Source of the DNA: Podarcis tiliguerta
Taxonomy: Eukaryota
Reading direction: 5' to 3' (one strand)
Length of the DNA stretch: 64,000 nucleotides
NCBI GenBank assembly: GCA_965153285.1
Contig: OZ229117.1
Shown: piece after piece, positions 24,101-36,100 of the stretch
Layout: each line of letters starts with the position of its first letter
Position numbering within the stretch: position 1 is the first letter of the stretch
Program-made: the position numbers and the translations under genes
Notes under the pieces: model-generated
Databases searched by the model: none
What the model saw: only the letters and a program-made list of their open reading frames with translations
What the model was told of the DNA's origin: nothing

Positions 24101-27100
24101 GAATGTCATGAAATTTTGACAAACATTCTAACTTCTAGTAGAACTGAGAAAAAAAATACAGTAAGAGTAAGCAGCTGTGCAAGCAACGGTAAGCAATGCT
24201 GCGCAGCTAGATTCAGCAGGAGAAACAGTAATAAGACGTTAGAGAGGACGTTTGAACAATATAGAGGAAACTATGCACTCTAGCCAAGTGGTAAGAGAGG
24301 TTACATCACCACCTACTGTTAGAGCAGGCCAGTTACACCCTTAGTCGCCTTTGACTGTACTTAACCATCCAGGGGTCCTTTACCTTTTTACCTTACACCC
24401 TTAGTAACTTGTCTCTCCAACGTTAACCCCTGAGAGCAGGGGGGGAAACCAGCTTTCGAATACTTGCAAATAGTCTTCTGAAAGGAAAATGAGAAGTACG
24501 TTAAGGAGGGATTGAAGCCTTCAAAAGACTTCCCCCTAGCGGGGAAACTAGGAACTGGGGCTGAAGTGCAGCAAAACTTGGAGCTGTGGGGCAGCCAAGC
24601 CAGCACTAGGAGAACAGAGCAAGCGAGGCAGTGAAAAAGGTCTTGGGGACAGCTCTCATCTCTGTTCAGGAATGGAGGTTTCCCCTGCATTTGCAAGCTC
24701 TGTGCAAACCTATGCCTGGGTGGCTTAGCTTCTTCTGAGAAGTAAAGATGAGATGGATTTTGGCAGGAACATTTCTTGCCTGCAGTTCTGTGGCATATAC
24801 ACACTGGCTGCCTCTTATTTTTCTTTGTCATGTACCCCCAGTCCTCCACACATATACACATTGCTAGGCAAAGGGCCCATAGTGTTCCCCTGATCTTCAG
24901 GACTACAACTTCCATCATCCCTGATCTTGGACATTAGGGCTGTTGGAAGCTGTAGTCTGGAAAGGCCACTTTAATACATCTCTGTCCCATGTTGAGACCC
25001 CCTCAGCTCAACCCACCTGGTCTTTGCCCACATTTCACAGCCTTTCCAGAGGCTGGCGAGTCATGGTGATTCCACCAGGCAGGCCTATATGACCAAGGCT
25101 GGTCCTCATGCTGAGAAAGGTCCCAGGGCCACATTGGGATAGTCAGCTTAATCAGCCATCAGGATCTTTGCAACACCAGGTGAAGCTGCATGTATCCGCC
25201 AGAGGCGATGCAATGATTTGCTGTTGGGCTTTGTTTCCAGGAATATTGCCGAAGGGGTTGGGAATCTCTGAGAGAGATGGACAAGTGGGAAGATGCTTCC
25301 TCTGCTGAGCTGCATGCAGGGTGTCGTGTCAAGTTGCAGATGTACAGAACCCAGTTCCATAGGTTCTGCAGCCAACTGGAAGCCAGCAGGAGCCGGATAG
25401 GCCAGACCATCAAGCTGTATGAATTCTTTGACCAGGTGAGTTCTGCAGAGGGAGACAGATGTCCCCTAATGTAACTTCTGCTCAGATTCACTGCCATGCT
25501 GTGGCTTGCACTCACTCTCTGTGCATACATATGCCACAGCAGAAGTTGAGCTTAGTCATGGATCCTTGTTTGGATGCTTTTTAACCTGAAAGCAATCACA
25601 GTGAGACTTTGAGTATAAAAATAAGAGAGCTATGTTTATTATAGGACATGCATGCTTGATAGCTAGTATTAGGAACTCTTTCCTAAGGGCTCATTTACAC
25701 TCCCTTTGCCCTGCCACTTTCCCCTGCAAAAACCTGTGCTTTAGCACTGAACCAGAACAAAGGGCAATTGGGTTTTCTGCACATTGCTGTTTGTTCCAAT
25801 TTTGTGCGAAAGAGCGGGTTTTCCAGGGGAATGAGGCAGGACAAAGGCAAAGCAGGTAGGACCTGTGCCTAGAAAGCTGAAAACAATCAGAAAATCATTT
25901 GGACTTTCTAGACACAGGACAAGCAGAAGTGTGGATGAATCCATACCCATGCCATCTTACTGGTCTTAATACAAGCTTAATACAAGCATTCCAGCACTTC
26001 CAACAGGTTCAACAAAAGTCAGGCAGCTGACACCCCCTCCCTGCTTCAAAAGATATTTGGGACAAGAGGTCATATTCTGTGTCTTGGCAAGTGGCTGGGC
26101 GGCGTTGAGGCTTCTCAGAAAACAGTCCTACTTTCTGTACTTAAAAAAGAAAAAGCAAGATTCTTTGCCAAAGAATCACAGGTTACATTCTGTAGTTCCT
26201 AATTCCAGTCATGGAAACGCATATGTCACTCAAGGCTGAATGTGTGAACTGCCTTTGTTGAAAATGATGGCATTTGAGTCCTGCCAGTAAAGTTTGATCT
26301 GTGGCGATTCATTCACCTGTACAAGCCACCACTGGTCAGCAAGTAGTTCAAATGCCTCAGGTTGGGGGTAGGGTATAATAGTAGTCATTCTAATTTCCTG
26401 GAAAGAATGGGAGACTGTGTATCTCCTATAAGCAAGGACAAAAGAGCACCAGGCACCCCTGAGAGGAGGGGTGTTTGGGGGGTGTTTGGGTTGTTTTGCT
26501 GCCTGTCTCTGTAAGAGCTTTTTTGCTTAGGCGCAGTAATGGAGTGCTGTCCCTCACAGGCCCTGGAGCCTCTCCTCCTCCCCGCCACTCTTGCGCTGAC
26601 TCCAACCCTTCTCTCCAGCACCCCCACCTGCCCCCTTCTTCCATCTGGCACTTCAGCAGGGAGCATTTGCCTGTGAATAGGCTGGCTCTTTAGCCGGAGC
26701 CCCCTCATTGGTTACTTTTGGGACGGGGTTTGGCTTTGGCTGCAGAGGAGGCAAGAGCGGGACCTCCATTGGGCTTTGCGCTTTTGGTGGTTCACCCTGT
26801 GCTACGGAGCCTCTTGGCAGAAGGATGAAGGTATGCTGGAGCTTCTTTCCTTTGTCTTGCAGGGGGTTCACTTCTGAGGGGATACCATTTTTCTCTCTAT
26901 CTGCTTGCGGGTGTCAGTAGGAGAAGAAAAGAAAGGAGGCGCAGCCTCCCCTGCAAAGGAATAGGAAGCAGAGGGGCTTGTTGTCTTTGGGGGAGTGTAG
27001 AGTTCACCCAGGATGCGGGAAGGCCTCCCCCCACTTCTTTTTTTCAAACTCTTGCCTTTTTTCTTGGCTGGTCAATTTCTTGTCTGTGATGAGGGAAGGC

Positions 27101-30100
27101 AAAGAGGGAGAGGCAGCTAGCACCCAGGAACAATCATCCCAAATTTGACTGATAGAAAATGCTCTCCCTTGAAATTAGGGGTGGGGAACTTGTGACCTTC
27201 CAGATGTTGCATGGCCAATGATCAGAGATGGCGGTGGGGCCTGCAGCCCAACAACTTCTGGAGGTCCACAGGTGTTCCCTCTGTCTCAACATGAAAGGCT
27301 CAGGGCAGGCTATCTGCGCTTTCTTTTGCACCAAGTATATAGATACTAAAAATATTTCCTAGCCAAGCATTGCCTTTGTTAATAAGTAAAAATATAAGGA
27401 GGCCTTTGGGTGAAGTATCAGTGTGGAACTCTTGTTTGCTGGTGTATCTGCATGAGTAAAAGGAGAGGATGGGGACCACAAAAACTTCCTAGGCTGTCCT
27501 TGTGCTGACCTGTTGATCCTGCTTCTGTGTTAAACTGCTACTCTAAGGGCTGCTGACCTCACATCCTCTTCACCTTCCTCCTCCCAACTAAACATTAGGA
27601 AAAATGGTCTAACAGTAAGAGCTGTCCAACAGAAACAGGCTGCCTCGGATGGTAGACTCTCCTTCACTGGAGCTTTTTAAACAGAGGTTGGGTGGCCGTC
27701 TGTCAGGAATTATCTAGCTGTGATTACTGCATTGCAGTGGGTTGGATTTGATGACCCTCAGGATCCCTTCCAACTCTGTGGTTCTATCTCTTTTGTGCCA
27801 TGGAAACTGGAGACAGGGAGCATCAGAGTTGCAGATGCAGCCTGGGCTTGCAGATGATTTTCCAGGCCCAGCTGGAAATGCATGTCTAATGAGGGAGCCT
27901 GGACACATCCCCTGCTCAGCCTGCTCTGTTCAAAGTGGCAGACACCAGACTCTTGGCATCTGCTCTTCTTTTCAGCCCACAACCCCCCCCCCCCACTTGG
28001 GGGCTGGCCTTGGAGTTCTCTGCATGTCTGCAGTGGGACCAGTATTGTGAGCACAGGACTGGACATACCAAGGATATGCAGAGTTCTTTCATGAAGACAG
28101 TTTCTCTTGTAGGCCATGTTTTATTAGTCCCTTGTGTGGGATGCTGTCTCAGGCTGTAAAGGCCAGCCACTGGCTGGGAGATTATGGACCCCCCCCCCTC
28201 CCCACTGCATCCTTTAAGCTCTACATTTATGAGCTCTATTGTGTTCAGGGTGGGGGCGGGACGGTATATGCGATCACACTTTCAGTGCTGTTTGCTCCTG
28301 CAAAAGTTTTGAGATGGGCAGACTGCTCAGTATGCCCTGTAGCTTCCTGTGGAAATATTGTGACACTAATGTTCTGGGTGGGGGCGTTTCTGATCTTCTT
28401 TTGCAGTGCTGCCCTCTAGACAACAATACCAAAGCAACACTTGGGAAAGCGTTACAGAACAATTAATAAAGTGGAATAATACGTGGACTCTCCACAAATG
28501 CTACAGAATGCACTCCCATCCTCCCAAAATACCCACTACAGTCTGGCAACCAAGATGGCATTCATGAGCCCTGCTCAGCACTCCTTACTTTGTTTCTGGC
28601 AGGCTTTGGCCGCACTGTGCTCTGTTTCCATCTCCCACTTACATTTATTCAGAATCTGGTCCAGACTAGAACCAACCAGGCCTAACCTGGGAGAGGGGTG
28701 AGGAACAACAAAACCAATCATTTGAATGGACGTGGGAGAGGCCGCACTGAAGCAGAAGAGACAGCCATAGGCTACTGCATTTCTCACCATCGTGAGCCTC
28801 CAAAAGCCTTTCTTGGAAATTGACAAAAGGGGGTCACTTTTACTGGGATGTGAGGCAATGTTCTGCACTAGCTCTCACTTTGGAGTTGGTTGCAGGAGCA
28901 ATCTTTGTTCCAATGCAGTTATGTCCAAATTGCGGCGTGCAGGGGGTCATGTTCTGCATTCACCGCTTGTCCACTTGTGCCATTCCTTCAGGCTGCATCT
29001 TTGGCTTAGCCTTAGCCCTACTCCAGATCTGCCAGAGCTCTCCACATTCCCTCTGGGGACAGTTGTTTTCAGTTTGGGGCTGAGGCAGGGGTAGGCAACC
29101 TAAGGCCCGTGGGCCAGATGCAGCCCACTCGCCTTCTAAATCTGGCCCATGGATGGTCCAGGAATCAGCGTGTTTTGACATGAGTAGAATGTGTGCTTTT
29201 ATTTAAAATGCATCTCTGGGTTATTTGTGGGGCATAGGAATCCGTTCACCCCCCCCCCCCCAAATATAGTCTGGCCCACCAGCCCACGGCTGAAAAAGGT
29301 TGCTAACCCCTGGGAGGATTCTATACACACAAGGCACCCTCTGGTGGCTCCCTCTGACTACACCCCCCCCAACACATACTGCTTTCTTGGTGGTGGTGGT
29401 GGTGGAAGAGGGGGATACCTCTCTGGAATAACTCCCCACAAATCTATTGTTGGGCAGAGTATTGGTGGGTGTGGGGCATTTTGGGACTGATCCTGTCACA
29501 TTGATCTTCCCACTACAGGCAGCAGGCCAACGCACCCCCAGCACTCTGCTTGAGGGCCTTTTCCAGTCTTGTGTCTTTGCTGTCTACGAGTCAGCCAATG
29601 CCCCAGTCCTAGCCTTCCATGTGATACTTGACACACATGTTTGCGCACACAAGATTCTAGAGAAAAAGATGAAAATGGAGCAGGAGAGAAAAGGTGGGGG
29701 GGGCAAAGGAAGGCACATGGAAACGCTTGATGTGGCTTGCAGACTGTGGACAAAGGAGAGGAGGGCCTTCCCCAGACAGCTCTAAGCGCCGCCTTTCCTG
29801 GGAAGGGCCTGAGCAAGCCAAGCTGCTGCAGCCTCCATCGCAGCCTGGCAGCCGTGCTTGGCAGTCAGTCAGGCTGGTGACAGGGCCTAGCCTCAGATAG
29901 AGAGCCTCTTGTTGTGGCCTAGCTGCAGAGGCCTGTGGACCCCACCCACCCTCCCTCCACTGATCGCTTTTTCCTTGTCCCACCCCTGCAGGCCTACGAA
30001 TGGGCATTGGAGGGCATGCGCCACCTTTCCAGCATCAGCACAGAAGAGGGCAGCTCCCTTGAGGATTGTGCTTTGGCTCTCAGGAGCCTGGAGAGCTACA

Positions 30101-33100
30101 AGAGACAGCACCCAGAAATCAGTAGTGCCAGATTCCAGGAGATGAAGGAGCTGGCATGCCAGCTGAAGAGCAGCCGTGCCCTGAAGCAATGGCAGCTAGC
30201 CTGGTCCAAGTGCCAGGAGACCATGCTGGGCTTTGAGATGAAGCTGGAAGCTGCCCTGAGGACCAAGAGTTCTCTGTGCCCTCCTGACCTGAAGCCATCA
30301 CCTGAGGGAGAGCTCAGCCAGGAGGACAGGCCGCCTTTGGAGAGGCCACTCCCCTTCCGTCTCCCTGGGTGGACTGGGGAGCAGGTTGTGCTCCCAAGCC
30401 AGGTCATTCCAGAGGCTTCTAAGAAGGAGAAGGTCACCCTGGAGAGCATTGTGGAAGTCCTGGAGGCAGGACCCTCCCGCCCCTCCACCCCAGCCTCTGG
30501 CCAGCAGCCATTCCCCAAAAGGCCCCTGAGGAAGGCCCAGAGTTTTGACCTGCCCTGCACAGAGGGACTGCACTCTGGCTGCCAGCGGACTCTGAGTGAG
30601 CCAGCCCGTTACGGCAACACCGGCGTCTTCATCAAGGGGCTGGAAGTGAGCAGTACTGAGCATGTGGCCCGGCAACACCTCGGCCCAACCAGTTGGACAC
30701 CTGGCGGCTTGCAAGCGGAGCAGAGGAGCGGCCTCTCCATACCAGAAGCAAAGAGCTTGGGCAGGTAGGTATGGATGAGGTTGGAGTATCACCTGCTAAC
30801 AAGTGGGGCTGTGGGCAGATCCAGTCAGAAGCCTGTTTAACAGCCAGTCCCTTTGGTACTCCTCATTCAGGAAGGTGGGTGTTCTCAGCTTGTCAACAAT
30901 CTACAGCCGGGCAGTTAAAGTGGAGTAGCACCAGCATATGTTTGTAGTGTAGATGTTCCCTGTTATTTAATTCTGGGGAGGGAGAATGGACCAGCAGGGG
31001 GAGTCAGCTGGCAGAGCAGTTGGCAGCTTAAGCATGGAGCACTGTTTAAAAAGGCAAGAAGAATCTGGTGGGGTTGGAGAGACGTCTTTTTGGGCAGATG
31101 CAAATTAAAAATGCTTCAGGGATGTGTTTTTATCTGCAGCCATTGGGGAAGAGCTTGTTTTTCCAAGCAAGCTGGTAGGCTCTCCCTCTGGCCCCACAGA
31201 CTTTGAAGAATCAAGGTCTCTTCTCACCATCCTCCAACTTTGCTCCTGGCTTCCTCTCTTGCAGCAAACTGCGGCACATCATTGAGGAGATGGTGATGAC
31301 TGAGCAGGAGTACGTCCGGTCCTTACGCTACATCATTGAGAGCTACTTCCCTGAGATGGAGCGGCTGGACCTGCCCCAAGACCTGCGGGGGAAGCGGAGT
31401 GTCATTTTTGGGAACCTGGAGAAGCTCTACGACTTCCATAGCCAGTACTTCCTGCGGGAACTGGAGAACTGCTGTAACCACCCGCTGCGGGTCAGCCACT
31501 GCTTCCTGAGACATGTAAGGGGCCTGGAGAAACTCGGGCAGGGCTGGGGAGGGGCTGGTTGCAGGGAGCTTTGGTAGGTGGGCAGGCAGGCCTCGGGGTA
31601 AGGATTAGGGCTCCCGAGGGGAAATGCCCTTGAAATGCCCGTCCACAACACCAGTGTTTCTGGCTCGAGGTCCAAGGACCACTGCAGGAGCAGGAGGGAG
31701 AGAGAGAGGGAGAGGCGGTCAGGCAGACGAACAAGGCCTGCTGAGAGGATTTTGCAAAGGGGAACAGGATAAAGGAGAGTCAGCAGGAGCACAAGCTGAA
31801 GGCCTCCAGGATGGGGCCTCCACTATCTTCTCTGGACATGGCCTAGCCTGGGCCTGCCATCACCTTTGGAAGCATGAAGGTCTGCAGGCTTTTGTAGTGG
31901 CAGCGCTCTCTCCTTGAGGCCCAAGCTCTGTATTTTGTGCCTGTGTGCTTGCGGCCAATCCCTTGACAGAGTCTGTGGCCTCCCTTTGTGGGGGCCTGTG
32001 TGCTTCTAACCCTTTTTGCAGAAAGATCAGTTTGGGATGTATGCTCTCTACAGCAAAAACAAGCCCAAGTCCGACTCGCTCCTGGCCAGCCGTGGGAACT
32101 CTTTTTTCAGGGTAAGTCCTGCCCCCTCCCAGCAACCCCTTCCAGGCGTTGGACTAGAGTGGAGCGGCCCTTGGCCTTTCCCTGGCTCCAGCCACTCAGC
32201 TCCGCTCTCCCGCTCTGGCCTCCAGCTCAAGCAGATGCAGCTGGGGGACAAGATGGACCTGGCCTCCTACCTGCTGAAGCCCATCCAGCGCATGAGCAAG
32301 TACGCCCTCCTCCTGAAGGACCTGATCAAGCAGTGTGGGGAGGCTCAGGAGCAGGAGCTGGCCTACCTGCAAGCCGCCGAGGAGATGGTGCGCTTCCAGC
32401 TGCGTCACGGCAACGACCTCCTGGCCATGGATGCCATCCGGGACTGTGATGTGAGTGGGCTGGGAGGAGGAGGGGGCAGGGGAGGGGAGCGGATTCCTGC
32501 CAGGAACAGCACCAGCTGAGCTCCTGGCTGCCTCTGCATCTCCTTGATCCCATGAAAAGGGATCTCGGTGCAGCAGCCTCACATCCTGGAGTGCAAGGCA
32601 GGCTGGAAACCGACTGCTCTGGGATGGAGCAAGAGGGACTCTGGCATCAGAGGCCTGTCAGGCTGCCCTTGGCGACAGGGCACCTGCTGCTTGTCCCCGT
32701 GGCCCGCAGTCCTCTACTCCCGTGTACAACTGACATCATTCCCCACCCCCCAGAATGTTGCCAGTCCAGACCTTTTTGCAAATGAATGGATGGTTTCTGT
32801 GCCCAGGTGAACCTCAAGGAGCAGGGGCAGCTGGTGCGCCAGGATGAGTTCAGTGTCTGTCTGGGCCGCAGGAAGTGCCAGCGCCATGTCTTTCTCTTTG
32901 AAGACCTGATCCTTTTCAGCAAGCCCAAGCGGGTTGAGGGGGGGCTGGATGTCTACATCTACAAGCGCTCCTTTAAGGTAAGGCTGCCCACTGCTGCTTG
33001 CGAGTGCTGCTGCCTCTCCAAGAAACTAAAATGGCACCAGATAGGGAGGGGGATGCCTTCTTCACAGGCTGTGCAAGAGAAAACTTGGGGGAAGCACAAT

Positions 33101-36100
33101 GTCACACATTCAGGCAGCCAGTTTTATCAGCTGCCTCAGGCAGACCTGCACGATTTTTGATGCATCAAGGTGTGTGCATGCATTGCAACCAGATGCTCAG
33201 CTAGGCAGTAGGCAGTGGCACTAGGGTTTTTCTGGAGCCCACATGCGGCTTGTGGGCTGTGTGAGTTGGAGGGCAGGGCTTTCACACCTTCATGTTCCCA
33301 AGTGCATCTTACGTCACCTTCCCTGTCAAGCTTACCAAGGCTGAACTTTTCAGAGTGAACCTCTTTCCCATTTGTAAGCACTAAATCACACCACACCACT
33401 CAGGTGGATCATCATGGCAGCAGCTCAGGAGCCGCCTCTGCCTCACCATGTATACCCTCAGCCCAGCATGTGACCCCAATTGCCTCCTGGCTTGCTGACT
33501 CACTTGCTCTGTCCCTGCAGACAGCAGACATTGGCCTGACTGAGAACTCCGGCGAGAGTGGGCTGCGCTTTGAGATCTGGTTTAGAAGGCGGAAATCGAG
33601 TGACACCTACGTCCTGCAGGCCAGTAGCCCCGAGACCAAGCTGGCCTGGACCAGTGACATTACCAAGATCCTGTGGGAGCAGGCTGCCCGCAATAAAGGT
33701 TGGTGTCAGTAAAGCCCAGGCACCCTCTTCCCTGTGGGACCATTGAATCCTTTCTGTCAGAATTAGTGGCTTGTGGAAGCAACAGCAGGGGCGGCACAGG
33801 CGGCTTGTTGGATAGGGTCTCCAGTTTCTTCTCTGGGCATGACAGTTGCAGAAATAAAGTAGGTCATTGGTTCCTGGGATTCTCCATGGAAGCCCCCACT
33901 CCCACTAGAGTGACTGGTCACACAAAATAGAGGTGCTCTGTCTGGTGTCTGAGAGAGAGGGGGCAGTTTGTCGTGCCATATGCAGAAGGGAGGAGAGCTG
34001 CAAGTGCCAGCTAGGCAAGGCCCAGGAGCCCTGGACTTCACTGCACCAGGTGACCCTCCCCAATACTACCAGCAGTTGTTTTTTCCCTGGCTAACATGTA
34101 ATACCTGGGAGATGCCAGCAAGATGACTCTCTTGGGAGAGATTAACTAGAGCATTGACAACTGCCTAGGACAAGCTTCTTGGTCTGGCGGTTGCTTTGTC
34201 CTTCAGGACTCCTTGTGTCCAGAGCTGCTTCTCCAGAGGCAGCCAAGCTATGTGACCTGTTGCACCAAGTTTGATCTAAGTTGCCCATTCTACCAGAAAT
34301 CTGCTTGTCTTGCCAGAGACCGAGGCTGGGCTTGGTGCCCTGAGAACTCACAGAGCTGCTTTTTTGTGAGGCTAGGCATGTTCCTCATGGTTGTTGTCAC
34401 CCCCAGAGATCCGCATGCAGGAGATGGTGTCCATGGGTGTGGGGAACAAGCCTTTCCTGGACATCAAGCCGAGTGAAGCTGCCATCCATGACCGTGCCAT
34501 TGATTACATCATGAAAGGCAGGGGTAAGTCTACCCCACCCTCTCACACCCCAGCCCCCCCCCACGCAGCTGCTATCCAGCTCTTTATGACTTGCTCCCCC
34601 CCCTTTCTTTGCTCTGTGGCAGGAGCCAGGACTCGGGCTTCTATTGCCGTCTCTCTGTTTGACCACGCCAACCCTTACAAGAGGTCGCAAACACCACTGC
34701 CTGCTGGCAGCCCATCCTCCTCCTGCACAGTGCTTGGGCCTCTCAACTTGCACATGTACCTGAACCAGTCTCTGCTGCCCAGCATGCTCTCGACCAGCCA
34801 CTCCTTGGATGCGGGCACATGCATAGAGGAGGATGAAATGGAGAACGAGACCAGCAGCCAGCCTTCCATGAGTACGTATGACCTGTCTCTCTCAGCCCCA
34901 GTTCAGAAACCATCCTTGTTCTCTGGGAGCAGTTTCTAAAACCATTGTGTGTTGCAGATGGCTGCTTGGCTTGGCAGAATGGGGGGTGGGGGGAGAGATT
35001 CTAGACTCTCACTTTCAGTCCATGGCTGCATCACTCACTCAAACTATGAGCAACTTTACTTTCTGGCCCTCTTGCAAGCTATCCTCCCCCTGTGCACTTA
35101 CTTGCTGTTTTGTGATGGTTCCCCAGTTCCAGCAGCTGTAGTTCCTAAGGACACTGAGCAGAAAGGGAGGGCTCTATAAACCTTAGAAATGGGGGCAAGC
35201 AGTCCAAGAGGAGAGCCTGGTATGGATCATAAGCTAGTCATTGAGCATGGAATGGACAGTCAGAATGTGGCCTAAACTAGGACGTGGAAAGGTTGGAAGT
35301 GTTTAGAGCATTGCTGTGTCTGCTCCCCAGAAGCTGAGTGGGGCTGCAGTTTCTTACACATCTGGCTGGGATATATTTCTACCCCTGATGGACTCTTTTG
35401 TCTAGTGAATTTCTGAACTGAACTGAATTTCTTCTTTTTGTCCCCAGCGACTGAGAGCTCAGAATCCTCCTCCCAATGCATGTCCAGAAGCGGCTCCAGT
35501 GGCTCCGACAGTGGCTGCGTATCCAGCGCTCCCCAGGAGAGCTTCTGTGAAGACCTTGGCTCACCCCTCCCCATCCCCGAAGGCTCTGCTTTTCCCTCCC
35601 CCACAGAGCAGAAAACCTGTTTCCCCAAAAGCCAGTATGTTTCAGCGGTAAGTGGACAGGACCTTGCCAATGTGCCCAAGGGATCCAGGCCATAGAATCA
35701 CTAGTCCTCCCTGCCTTGCTCAGGGAACCTCAGCCCTGTCAGTGGCCTTGACACTCTATCCTTCCAACAGACCATGGGAAGCCAACTTCAGCCATTTCCG
35801 TAAAACAAAGTGTGTGAGGCCCCACTTTAGAAATCAGCAGCTGGGGTTGGGAGACTGGGAGTTTTCCTTAATGGAATACGTGGCCCTTGGGATGGCGCTG
35901 AACTATCAGTTCTCATCATTCTTGGCTGGAGTTCATGGGAGGTGGATCCAGCCCCTGGGCAGGGTGGGGTGGGCAGGATCCTTGGTTTGCAGGTGCTTGT
36001 GGCACATGCTGCTCCTCTGGCCCACACTAAGCAGGATTGGGGGCGGGGGGGGGGGAGAGCCAGTCCTTCCTTTCACCATGGATGTATGTAAGAATCTCCC

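Noticed and set aside
24388-24918. 176-aa antisense ORF in a PLEKHG4 intron
   Set aside because: No domain or coding-like composition; begins in a short repeat (GGACTACAACTTCCATCATCCC)
30096-30792. Overlapping antisense ORFs of 154 and 164 aa
   Set aside because: GC-rich coding-strand shadows of exon 29992-30764
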